A DNA stretch of 64,000 nucleotides from Candidatus Brockarchaeota archaeon (GTDB lineage Archaea > Thermoproteota > EX4484-205 > JAAOZP01). Each line of letters begins with the position of its first letter. Positions within the stretch are counted from its first letter, which is position 1. Position numbers and translations under genes: made by a program. Under the pieces are notes generated by a model. The model ran no database searches and was not told the origin of the DNA. It saw only the letters and a list, made by a program, of their open reading frames with translations. Shown here piece by piece: positions 18,847-27,887 of the stretch. The DNA lies in NCBI GenBank assembly GCA_017601345.1, contig JAFNIT010000001.1, positions 12,835-76,834 on the forward strand. The letters run 5' to 3'.

Positions 18847-19346
18847 TGATCATTCGAGGTAAAGTGGTGAAGCTCGGCGACAACATAGATACCGATGTAA
18901 TAATACCTGCGAGATATCTGGTGACGCATGATGCTACAGTTCTGGCTGAACACGTTTTCGAAGACTATTACCCGGAGTTCAGAGAGAAAGCTAAGGAAGG
19001 AGTTATAATTGTTGCAGGAGAGAACTTTGGCCTGGGAAGCTCGAGAGAACATGCAGTGATAGCTTTAAAACATTCCAATGTTAAAGCGGTCGTTGCAAAA
19101 TCTTTCGCAAGAATCTTCTACAGGAATGCCATAAACCTGGCTATGCCTGCCTTAGTACTGGAGGAAAAAAACAGAATCGGGGAAATCAACGATGGAGATG
19201 AGATTGAGATTAATTTGGAAAAGGGGATTTTAAGGGACCTTAATACCGGGAAGGAATTTTCTCTTTATAAAATACCTGATTTCATAGTTAAAATATTGAA
19301 AGCAGGCGGATTAATAAGCTATTTCAAGGAAAAGGGACAGAAATAG
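18846..19346 (+). CDS. leuD: 3-isopropylmalate dehydratase small subunit
   Basis: DNIDTDVIIP, NFGLGSSREHA, SFARIFYRNAIN. Confidence 0.92.
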   Translation: MIIRGKVVKLGDNIDTDVIIPARYLVTHDATVLAEHVFEDYYPEFREKAKEGVIIVAGENFGLGSSREHAVIALKHSNVKAVVAKSFARIFYRNAINLAMPALVLEEKNRIGEINDGDEIEINLEKGILRDLNTGKEFSLYKIPDFIVKILKAGGLISYFKEKGQK

Positions 19347-19375
19347 AACCTCCGATAACTATTTATAAACCTGGC

Positions 19376-20224
19376 GTGAATAAGCTTTTACAGTTGCAGC
19401 GCCGGGAAGCGGTTACTAGATATTCATGCTCCGTGTGCGGACGCCCTCTCAGCGCTGAATACAAGTTCTGCCCGTCTTGTGGAGCACCGCGCAAAGGAAT
19501 CTCGTATGTGAGGAAGGTTTCTACTGGAAATCCTGCTATCGACGAAATACTAGAAGGAGGTTTTGAGGCAGGTAAGACATATCTGCTCGCGGGAGAAGCT
19601 GGAACTGGTAAAACTATCTTCAGTCTCCAATACCTGATATACGGTGCCAAAAACAATGAGCCCGGTATCTACGTGACGATTGATGAAAGACCGGAGGTTT
19701 TGGTAAAAGATGTCAGAAACTTCGGCTGGGATCTCCAGCCCCTCATAGAGACAAGGAGAATCTCAATAATACCAGTTAGGAGATATTTCACCTCTAGAAT
19801 GTGGGGTAGGGAAATGGATACTATAGTTAACAGCATAGTTGAAGAATTGGACAGGAAAAAGAAGGAGATAAATGCTAAGAGGCTTGTGATAGACCCTATA
19901 GCACCCTTGGTGACAACGTATTCCAATGAGATAGCATGGGTCAGAGAGTATATTAGAAGCCTGATATTTTCTATAGAAGAACGTTTAGGCGTAACGACGC
20001 TCATAACCTCTGAGATACCGACCGGCGAGAATGCGATGAGTAGATACGGTGTTGAAGAATTCTTAGCCTCTGGTGTCATAATACTTTCATTGACAAGAGT
20101 CGGAAATTCTATTATAAGAACGATGTTCATCAGAAAAATGCGATGGACTGCTGTCAATCCAACGATATACAGGTTTGAAATAGAACGCGGTCGTGGTATA
20201 GTTCTTAAAGAACCCTTAACTTAG
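19376..20224 (+). CDS. KaiC/RAD55-family ATPase with N-terminal zinc ribbon
   Basis: CSVC...CPSCG, STGNPAIDEILEGG, GEAGTGKT, IRKMRWT. Confidence 0.85.
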   Translation: MNKLLQLQRREAVTRYSCSVCGRPLSAEYKFCPSCGAPRKGISYVRKVSTGNPAIDEILEGGFEAGKTYLLAGEAGTGKTIFSLQYLIYGAKNNEPGIYVTIDERPEVLVKDVRNFGWDLQPLIETRRISIIPVRRYFTSRMWGREMDTIVNSIVEELDRKKKEINAKRLVIDPIAPLVTTYSNEIAWVREYIRSLIFSIEERLGVTTLITSEIPTGENAMSRYGVEEFLASGVIILSLTRVGNSIIRTMFIRKMRWTAVNPTIYRFEIERGRGIVLKEPLT

Positions 20225-20811
20225 GAAAGTCTAGTACCGCATCTGAAGCAGAATTTATAACGCGCGTTGTTTATGGCTCCACACTTTGGGCAGGTCTTAG
20301 TGTTTGAAGTAGCGCCTTCCTCTTCCACCCTACCTGCTTCAAAACTATGGACACCAGTACCAGGTACTTCACCCTGTTCAGAAACCATATAATCCATTTC
20401 CTCTTTGAACGGGACCTGGAGTTCAGAAACCTCTCCAGCTCCACTCTTCGGGGCTATTTGAACTTCCGCTTCACTAGAAATCCGCGAAGGCTGCTTCTCC
20501 ATAGGCATCGTAGGGGTAACAACAGGCTGCTCCTTTAAGACGGCTCTAATCTCTTCACGCGACTCAGCAACAGGCTTTTTAGGCGGGGGAGTAGCAGTAG
20601 GAATGGCAACTTCTTTCTTGAGAATCACTATGTCTTCCGCAGCTTCGACCTCGCTCCATATAAACTCCATCTCACGATTATCCCTCCCTACGACAACTAT
20701 TCCAACGAGGTTTTCACCCAGTACGAAACCAATATCCTTAACTGTTCCCACATATCTGCCCTTCTTGTCGTAGACTTGAAGACCTATTATCTTCTCCTTC
20801 CTAATCAGCAA
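20221..20811 (-). CDS. PRC-barrel protein with Pro/Glu-rich linker and C-terminal zinc ribbon
   Basis: IIGLQVYDKKGRYVGTVKDI, EDIVILK; CPKCG...FCFRCG. Confidence 0.8.
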   Translation of the reverse strand: MLIRKEKIIGLQVYDKKGRYVGTVKDIGFVLGENLVGIVVVGRDNREMEFIWSEVEAAEDIVILKKEVAIPTATPPPKKPVAESREEIRAVLKEQPVVTPTMPMEKQPSRISSEAEVQIAPKSGAGEVSELQVPFKEEMDYMVSEQGEVPGTGVHSFEAGRVEEEGATSNTKTCPKCGAINNARYKFCFRCGTRLS

Positions 20812-20951
20812 TTTGTAAGAAGAAGATACTTGCGGTCACTTTTATTCTTTTATTTTCGACGCGAGTTTATTGCATTACCGACGATTGTTAACTATTTTTA
20901 TGGATTTAAAATCCCCTAAAAATACTAAAAACAACTATTTAAACACGGTTT

Positions 20952-22451
20952 TTATGGAAGAGAAAAGCCTTCTACAATTCTAGCGACTTGGCCTTCTAGG
21001 AATTTTTTAGCATCCCTGTCCCTTTGAATCATCTCGTTCAACTTAGAATAATAATCTTCTATCATTTTTTCCCTTTCACGTATCATTTTTAAATCATTAC
21101 TCTGGCAACCCGCACCAGCTGAGGTTCTTAGTGAAACTAGCGTCTCCTCACTTTTACTCAAGATGTTTAGCAGGATCGGACTTATGTCCCTACCCAATAT
21201 TTGTAGAGAGACTTCTTTCAGCTCTTCCTCCTTAATGTTTTTGAAGCCTCTACCATCCTTAAGGCTCCTCTTCACCATCTCGCCAACCAGCTTATGGGCC
21301 AGCCTGAACGGAACCCTAGCCTCTTCGATAATTCTCTCAGCAACGTCTAGAGCGATGATGTTTTGCTCCATAGATGACCTTATTCTCTCCCTATTTTCTC
21401 GCATATTTTCAACGGTGATTCTAACTATTTTAAGCGTCTCTTTTACTGTTTCAATCGCTTCAATAAGAGGAGGCTTAGTCTCCTGCAGGTCCCTAACGTA
21501 GCCGCTTGGTGCCCCTTTACACACCATTGAGAGCTGGGCTAGGCTTGAGAAAACCCTTCCAGACCTTGCGCGAGCTAGCTCAAGTATGCAGGGATTCTTC
21601 TTGTTTGGCATCGCACTAGAAGGAAATGCTAATTCGTCTGGGAGAGTGAAAAAGCCGAATTCTGAAGTCAACCAAATTATTAAGTCCTCCATCATTCTGC
21701 TCAAGTTAAGCATTAGTATATTGAGATTTGATACAGTCTCTAGTATGAAGTCTCTAGAAGATACTGCGTCAAACGAGTTCTCTAATAGACCATGGAAACC
21801 AAGGAGCTTTGTTGTAAGCTCTCTGTTTACTTTCAAGGAGGTTCCAACTATCGCGACGCTTCCGAGAGGATTAAGGTTAATTCTCTTCAAAGATTCCGCT
21901 ATGCGGTCAAAATCCCGCATCAAAATGTCGAAATAACCTAGAAAGTAATGTGATAAAGGGGCTGCTTGCGCTTGTTGAAGATGCGTGTAGAACGGAAATA
22001 AAACGTCAATAGTTTCACGGGCTTTTTTCAATAATGTTTTCTCAAGATCCAGTATTTCTCTCAGGATATTGAAAACCTCCCTCCTAGTCTTAAGCCTCAC
22101 CGCAGTCACAACCTGATCGTTTCTTGATCGGGCAGTGTGAACTAATCCTCCGATTTCAATCCCGACTTCTTTAATTACGAATGATTCTATAAGCTCATGT
22201 ACATCCTCATATTTGTAAGTATCGGTCTGTACCAACTCCTTGTTTTCTAAAAGTTTTTTGATTGCGGAAACGATCTTCTTAAACTGGTCTTCCGTTATGT
22301 ATCCTTGTTTCATAAGCATGAAGTCGTGCGCAATAGTAGCTTCTATATCTTCGTAAAATATCCATGAATCTTCTTTAATGCTTGACGTGTATCTTGTTGC
22401 TTCCGGAAAAGCAGGTTCCAGTCGGCTGCGGTATATGCCCTCTTCAGACAT
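20952..22451 (-). CDS. argH: Argininosuccinate lyase
   Basis: HTARSRNDQV, YTHLQQAQ, SSAMPNKKNP. Confidence 0.93.
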   Translation of the reverse strand: MSEEGIYRSRLEPAFPEATRYTSSIKEDSWIFYEDIEATIAHDFMLMKQGYITEDQFKKIVSAIKKLLENKELVQTDTYKYEDVHELIESFVIKEVGIEIGGLVHTARSRNDQVVTAVRLKTRREVFNILREILDLEKTLLKKARETIDVLFPFYTHLQQAQAAPLSHYFLGYFDILMRDFDRIAESLKRINLNPLGSVAIVGTSLKVNRELTTKLLGFHGLLENSFDAVSSRDFILETVSNLNILMLNLSRMMEDLIIWLTSEFGFFTLPDELAFPSSAMPNKKNPCILELARARSGRVFSSLAQLSMVCKGAPSGYVRDLQETKPPLIEAIETVKETLKIVRITVENMRENRERIRSSMEQNIIALDVAERIIEEARVPFRLAHKLVGEMVKRSLKDGRGFKNIKEEELKEVSLQILGRDISPILLNILSKSEETLVSLRTSAGAGCQSNDLKMIREREKMIEDYYSKLNEMIQRDRDAKKFLEGQVARIVEGFSLP

Positions 22452-22559
22452 CTTTCTTAAAAACGAGTTTTAAGCCAGCTAATAAGGTTATAGACCGCAT
22501 AGGCGATTCAAAATTTAAAAACAATCCTCTCCATATGCTTTATAGCTGGAAAGAACTTT

Positions 22560-23678
22560 ATGATAATCGAGAAAAGGACAGAGATAGGGAGGCTTGTAAC
22601 ATTCATACCGAACAAGCATACTCCGATACATAACTGGTTCTACTATAAAGAAGGGTTTTCGCGAGATTTCGTAGAGTTGATTATTAGGAGCCTTAAGCTC
22701 GGAAGAGAGTCTTGGGTATTAGACCCATTCTGCGGGGTTGGAACAACCCAGCTTACTTGTAAAGAACTTGGAGTAAACGCTATGGGCATAGACGTAGCAG
22801 ACCTCCCAGTATTCGTGTCAAAAGTTAAGACAGCAGATTACGATGTTAGCGTTTTGAAAGAAGTTTCAAAGAAAATTTTTTCTGAAAAATTTAGGAGACA
22901 AGACTTAAGCGGGCTCAGCAGTATTGTTAGAAAAGCTTTCCCAAGACATGTTTTGGAGGACGTATTGTTCTTTAGGGGCATCGTTGAGGAAATAGAGGAT
23001 GATGTTGTAAACGGTTTTTTCAAATTGGGATTGATGAGTGCTGCGATTAAAGCATCCTACATAGTTAAGGACGGGGGAGTCTTAAAGATAGTTAAAAAGA
23101 AGAATATTCCTCCATTTAGAAAATTCTACAGGAATAGGATTAAACGGATGATAAGAGACTTAGAGGAGTTTAAAACACTTAATCCGACGATAATCACGTT
23201 GAAAACAGATTCCCGAAACCTAAAGTTTATGGATGATAACATTTTTGATGCGGTGATTACATCGCCTCCTTATTTAAATAAGATAGAGTATACGAAGGTT
23301 TACCGCGTTGAGAACGAGCTTTTCTTCAAGGAGGCAGAACCGATGCTGAGATCGTACATAGGGGATTTGGTTGAAAACCATGTGGATTCTGAATATGGAG
23401 ACCTGCCTGCCATAGCCAGCGCCTATTTCAAAGACCTTAAGAGAGTTCTGTCTGAGATTTATCGCGTTCTCAAGGAAGGTGGGAGAGGGGTCTTCGTAAT
23501 CGCTCAAGGGGTATTCCCCACGGGGATTGTGGAATCAGAGAAGATTTTCTCGAAAATAGCCAGTGAAATCGGTTTTGAAACCGAGTGCATGTGGTTAGTC
23601 AATAGGAGAGTAGCCACTAGAGATCGTGTAGTCAAGATAGGGTATGCAGACGAGTTCGTAATATTCCTACGTAAATAA
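22560..23678 (+). CDS. Amino-methyltransferase, probably N4-cytosine DNA methylase, no adjacent endonuclease
   Basis: HNWFYYKEGFS, motif I VLDPFCGVGTT, motif IV ITSPPY. Confidence 0.8.
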   Translation: MIIEKRTEIGRLVTFIPNKHTPIHNWFYYKEGFSRDFVELIIRSLKLGRESWVLDPFCGVGTTQLTCKELGVNAMGIDVADLPVFVSKVKTADYDVSVLKEVSKKIFSEKFRRQDLSGLSSIVRKAFPRHVLEDVLFFRGIVEEIEDDVVNGFFKLGLMSAAIKASYIVKDGGVLKIVKKKNIPPFRKFYRNRIKRMIRDLEEFKTLNPTIITLKTDSRNLKFMDDNIFDAVITSPPYLNKIEYTKVYRVENELFFKEAEPMLRSYIGDLVENHVDSEYGDLPAIASAYFKDLKRVLSEIYRVLKEGGRGVFVIAQGVFPTGIVESEKIFSKIASEIGFETECMWLVNRRVATRDRVVKIGYADEFVIFLRK

Positions 23679-24695
23679 TTATAAAAGCCTAATGCATCTT
23701 CCTCTTAAAGAATTAAGGTCATATGCCTCGTATCCGAGGTTTCTAAGCTCCTGAGAGAATTCTTTAGAAAAACCGTGTACTGTAAAAATCTTCTGGGGAG
23801 AGGTTTCTTCAACTATTTTAAGCAAACCATGGAAATCCGCATGGTCACTCAATGGAAAAGCCCGGTCGACGGCAAGCATTTCTTCATAACTTTTTAAAAG
23901 CGACCTGCCTGAGAACCAGATTAAAACCGCACCGTACTTCTTTTTAATAACCTGCAGGAAAGCATTCCTACCGGAAATATTCGGGTAGTAAAGCACCCAG
24001 TTACTGTCTCGTGGGAACGATTGAGACTGAGGGCACAGTATCTTTTTCTCACTTATCATCATTGAGAAAAGCCTGTAGACATCGTTATACCTTGCTATTG
24101 ATGGAGAAACATATTTCTCAACATCCGGCAGGAAACGGTCTAGAATCATTTGAACATGCTGCGATTTGCCCAACGGGTAGCCCATAAAGACCACGGGCCT
24201 GCTCTTCTTCAAGTTTTCTCGCACATAGTCAACAACTTCTTTAACTAGCTCATGTCGAGGAGGGAAGACTAGGTTTGGACGCCCGTAGTTAGACTCTATT
24301 ATCAGAGTATGTACCTTCGGAAAACATTGCTTGGGCATGTCTGCAAGAGGAGAATTGTTTACGTCTCCGGTGTAGAGTATCTTTTCACAACCCGCTTCTA
24401 AAACTATTGACTTAGAGCCCAATATATGTCCTGAATCTAACAGGAGAAAAGGACTCTCTGTCCGCTTTATTCCAAACCCTCTGAGCGTTGATAAGATGAA
24501 TGTTTCTTCTGAGCATATGGCCTCTACGTTCTGAGACTCCTGCTTACAAATGTGATCAAGGTGAGCGTGAGAAATGAAAACATAATCTGGAGAGTCATAT
24601 GATCCCATTTTTAATGCCGTCTCACTTCCATTAAGATAGATTGTTGCAAACCTGTCTAGCCTAATTGAAAGAGCCCTATTTGGAGTATGGTGCAT
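23679..24695 (-). CDS. Metallo-beta-lactamase/beta-CASP nuclease
   Basis: SHAHLDH, SGHILGS, YTGD, IESNYG, GYPLGKSQ, LSDHADF. Confidence 0.85.
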   Translation of the reverse strand: MHHTPNRALSIRLDRFATIYLNGSETALKMGSYDSPDYVFISHAHLDHICKQESQNVEAICSEETFILSTLRGFGIKRTESPFLLLDSGHILGSKSIVLEAGCEKILYTGDVNNSPLADMPKQCFPKVHTLIIESNYGRPNLVFPPRHELVKEVVDYVRENLKKSRPVVFMGYPLGKSQHVQMILDRFLPDVEKYVSPSIARYNDVYRLFSMMISEKKILCPQSQSFPRDSNWVLYYPNISGRNAFLQVIKKKYGAVLIWFSGRSLLKSYEEMLAVDRAFPLSDHADFHGLLKIVEETSPQKIFTVHGFSKEFSQELRNLGYEAYDLNSLRGRCIRLL

Positions 24696-24697
24696 TT

Positions 24698-26365
24698 TTA
24701 AAGGAAGAACCTGTTGTCTCTAAGCTTGTTTAAAAACTTGCTTTCAATCTTTTTTACTACCGGAGTCCACTTTCTCCTTCTCTCCTGAAGCTCATCCTCA
24801 TCCACCAACAGATCAAGCCTCCTGCCCGGAACATCTATGAGTATCTCGTCACCGTCTTTTACAAGAGCTATAGGCCCGCCTAAGAACGCTTCTGGAGAAA
24901 CATGCCCTATAGCAATCCCCTTAGTGCCCCCCGAGAACCTGCCGTCAGTAACTAACGCAACTTTCTCTACAAGACTTCTCCCAACTATGAGCGAAGTCGG
25001 CATCAGCATTTCGCGCATGCCGGGTCCGCCCAGCAGTCCTTCATACCTCACAACCACGACAGTATTCTCTTCGAAATCTTCTTTTTCAAGAGCTTTAACC
25101 ACCTCCTCTTCTGAATCGAATACTCTAGCCCTACCTCTGAATGTCCTAAGCTGCATCGGTGTTCCGGCGAGTTTTATGACAGCACCTTCAGGAGCTAGAG
25201 ATCCCCGCAGGATAGCTATACCACCTTCGCTTCTATATGGGTTCTCAGGAGGACGTATGAGAGAGCCTTGTGGCTCGGGGAAAGTTTCGACAAGCTCTCT
25301 TAAAGGCTTACCAGTTACCGTCATCGCATCCAAGTAGATATACTTCCTTAACATTTTTAGAAGCGATGGGATTCCACCAGCATTGTAGAAGTCGATCATA
25401 AAGCTTTCCCCAGACGGCCTTATGAGAACTAGCGTCGGTACTCTTCTACTAATCTCATCGAATACTTGAAGAGAGAGATCGTAACCAGCTTCCTTAGCGA
25501 GAGCGCTTATGTGGAGAACAGTGTTAGTGGATCCTCCTAAAGCATTATCTATGATTATCGCGTTAATCAGGTTCTCCCTTTTAACCACATCCTTAAACTT
25601 AAGCCCCTCTCTCCAGAGCCCGACTATTCTCCTCCCCGAGTCATAGGCAAGCCTCTTCTTCTTTTCATCTAAGGCGTGTGTTGCAGCCATGTTTGGAAGA
25701 GATAGGCCCATTGCCTCCACTAGGCAAGCCATAGTGTTCGCTGTGAAAAGCCCCGCACAGCTTCCAGCTCCGGGGCAAGCAGCCCTTTCAAATTCTCTCA
25801 ATTCCTCCAAAGTAAACTTACCCTCATGGTATTCGCCTAATACTTCAAAGACAGATACTAGGTCAATCCTCCTACCCTTAAAGACACCTGGGTACATCGG
25901 CCCGCCGGTGACGAATATGGAAGGGAGATTCAGCCTTGCAGCCGCAAGAAGATGTCCGGGAACAATCTTATCGCATGAAGAGATGAAGACAGCAGCATCA
26001 AACATGTGTGCCGAAAGCATTATCTCTATCGAATCCGCTATCACCTCCCTGCTTGGAAGCGAGTACTTCATTCCCTCATGGTTCATCGCTAACCCGTCGC
26101 AGACAGCAATAGTATTGAAGACGAAGGGCACGCCACCCTCGTCTCTAATCCCCCTCGATACTTCTTCAGCTAGAGAGTTTAAGTGAATATGCCCTGGCAC
26201 AATACTGGTGTATGAGTTAACTACTGCTATGAATGGTTTTTCAAAATCCTCCTTCTCCAGCCCAACGGCGTGCAGGAGGCTTCTGTGAGGAGCTCTGTCA
26301 ACACCCTTCTTGATTGCGTTACTCCTCATCTCGTGGGGTTTCTCCTTGAGCATGCTGGATTTCAT
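24698..26365 (-). CDS. ilvD: Dihydroxy-acid dehydratase
   Basis: VCDGLAM, SCDKIVPG, GSCAGLFTANTM, GGPGMREM, TDGRFSGG. Confidence 0.96.
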   Translation of the reverse strand: MKSSMLKEKPHEMRSNAIKKGVDRAPHRSLLHAVGLEKEDFEKPFIAVVNSYTSIVPGHIHLNSLAEEVSRGIRDEGGVPFVFNTIAVCDGLAMNHEGMKYSLPSREVIADSIEIMLSAHMFDAAVFISSCDKIVPGHLLAAARLNLPSIFVTGGPMYPGVFKGRRIDLVSVFEVLGEYHEGKFTLEELREFERAACPGAGSCAGLFTANTMACLVEAMGLSLPNMAATHALDEKKKRLAYDSGRRIVGLWREGLKFKDVVKRENLINAIIIDNALGGSTNTVLHISALAKEAGYDLSLQVFDEISRRVPTLVLIRPSGESFMIDFYNAGGIPSLLKMLRKYIYLDAMTVTGKPLRELVETFPEPQGSLIRPPENPYRSEGGIAILRGSLAPEGAVIKLAGTPMQLRTFRGRARVFDSEEEVVKALEKEDFEENTVVVVRYEGLLGGPGMREMLMPTSLIVGRSLVEKVALVTDGRFSGGTKGIAIGHVSPEAFLGGPIALVKDGDEILIDVPGRRLDLLVDEDELQERRRKWTPVVKKIESKFLNKLRDNRFFL

Positions 26366-27345
26366 TTCCTAATCATCGCCCTTATTCTGCTCCCCACTAC
26401 TTCAATAAGATGATTTCTTTCCCTCTCCATCAGAGTTTTTAGTACAACCTGGTTAGAATTGTTCTCAAGAACCCATTCTCTAGCAAAGACTCCGGATTGA
26501 ATGTCTTCAAGAAGCTTCCTCATCTTCTTCTTAACATCTTCATCTATAAGGTACGGGCCGCGCGTTAACCCGCCGTACTTAGCGGTGTCGCTAACAGCCT
26601 GCCACATGCCGGATAGTCCTTTAGCCCATATTAAGTCGACGATTAGTTTAAGCTCGTTTAAAACCTCAAAGTAAGCAACCTCAGGTTGATACCCTGCTTC
26701 AACAAGTATTTCAAAACCGCTTTTTATAAGTGAAGACACCCCCCCGCATAAAACCGCTTGCTCGCCGAAAAGATCTGTTTCAACTTCTTCCTTGAAAGAG
26801 GATTCGATTAAACCAACCCTGCTTAAACCGATTGCCTTAGCTAATTCTCTGACTATCTTTGAAGCATTACCCGTGTAATCTTGATGCACTGCTATTAACC
26901 CGGGTACTCCAGTACCATGGACGTAAGCATCTCTCAAAGCAGGACCTGGAGCCTTAGGGGCTACAAGCACAACGTCCAGCCAAGTCGCAGGAACTATTTG
27001 TCTGTAATATATGTTGAATGCATGGGCAAACACGAGAGTAGAGCCCTTTAAAATGTTTGGTGCCACGTGCTCTTCGTAAACCTTAGGTTGAGCAGGGTCT
27101 GGGAGAAGCATCATTACAATATCGCCTTTCCTAACAGCTTCTCCTATCTCATAGACTTCGAAACCGTCTTCAACAGCCCTCTTCCAGGAGGCCCCGTCTT
27201 TTCTTAAACCAAGTATCGTCCTAATCCCACTATCCCTAATGTTCTTAGCTTGTGCTTCACCCTGTGAACCATATCCTATTACAGCAACAGTTTTATTTTT
27301 TATCAGTTCTATTGTTATATCATCATCCCTTATTATCCTAGCCAT
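26362..27345 (-). CDS. ilvC: Ketol-acid reductoisomerase
   Basis: IGYGSQG, ETDLFGEQAVLCGG, VSDTAKYG. Confidence 0.96.
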   Translation of the reverse strand: MARIIRDDDITIELIKNKTVAVIGYGSQGEAQAKNIRDSGIRTILGLRKDGASWKRAVEDGFEVYEIGEAVRKGDIVMMLLPDPAQPKVYEEHVAPNILKGSTLVFAHAFNIYYRQIVPATWLDVVLVAPKAPGPALRDAYVHGTGVPGLIAVHQDYTGNASKIVRELAKAIGLSRVGLIESSFKEEVETDLFGEQAVLCGGVSSLIKSGFEILVEAGYQPEVAYFEVLNELKLIVDLIWAKGLSGMWQAVSDTAKYGGLTRGPYLIDEDVKKKMRKLLEDIQSGVFAREWVLENNSNQVVLKTLMERERNHLIEVVGSRIRAMIRK

Positions 27346-27380
27346 TTCAAATCACATAGTTGACGGATTTACTAATTCTT

Positions 27381-27887
27381 TTAAGCTTTTAACTTTCTGT
27401 AGTGGTTTAATGTATGAATCATCACTCCGCTCCGCGAAAAGCTTTCTATACGGTCTGAGAATTCCTCTTTAAACTCATTCACCATCCTAGGGTCTGCCAG
27501 TAACTCTACTAAAAGCCTTGACTCGCTTAACAAAGTTGTCCTAGCACGATACCTAATCCTGATATAGTCGCTAACGTTAGCATCACAATCCCTAAGAACA
27601 GCTACAAAAGCTTCTCTTACAACGTCTGATTCAAGCGATCCTATTTTAACCTCAAGCACACACGGGTTCTTCTCTAAAACCTTTACAATATTCTCAAACT
27701 TATCCTCGGGAAGATCGAATGTAAGGGAGATCTGAGAAGATTTTCCGTTTATCACTCCAACAGTGATAGTATCTATATTAATTCCTCTTCTTGCAAATAT
27801 CGATGAGATTCTTTCCATCACCCCCGGTATGTTAAGAACTCTGAGAACGATGAATCTCTTATTCTCATCTATAGCCATATTTTTCAC
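27381..27887 (-). CDS. ilvH: Acetolactate synthase small (ACT) regulatory subunit
   Basis: NIPGVMERISSIFARRGINID; between ilvB and ilvC. Confidence 0.85.
   Translation of the reverse strand: MKNMAIDENKRFIVLRVLNIPGVMERISSIFARRGINIDTITVGVINGKSSQISLTFDLPEDKFENIVKVLEKNPCVLEVKIGSLESDVVREAFVAVLRDCDANVSDYIRIRYRARTTLLSESRLLVELLADPRMVNEFKEEFSDRIESFSRSGVMIHTLNHYRKLKA

Noticed and set aside
20221-20811. PRC-barrel protein as CdvA
   Set aside because: Lacks the long coiled-coil region of CdvA; has a disordered linker and zinc ribbon instead
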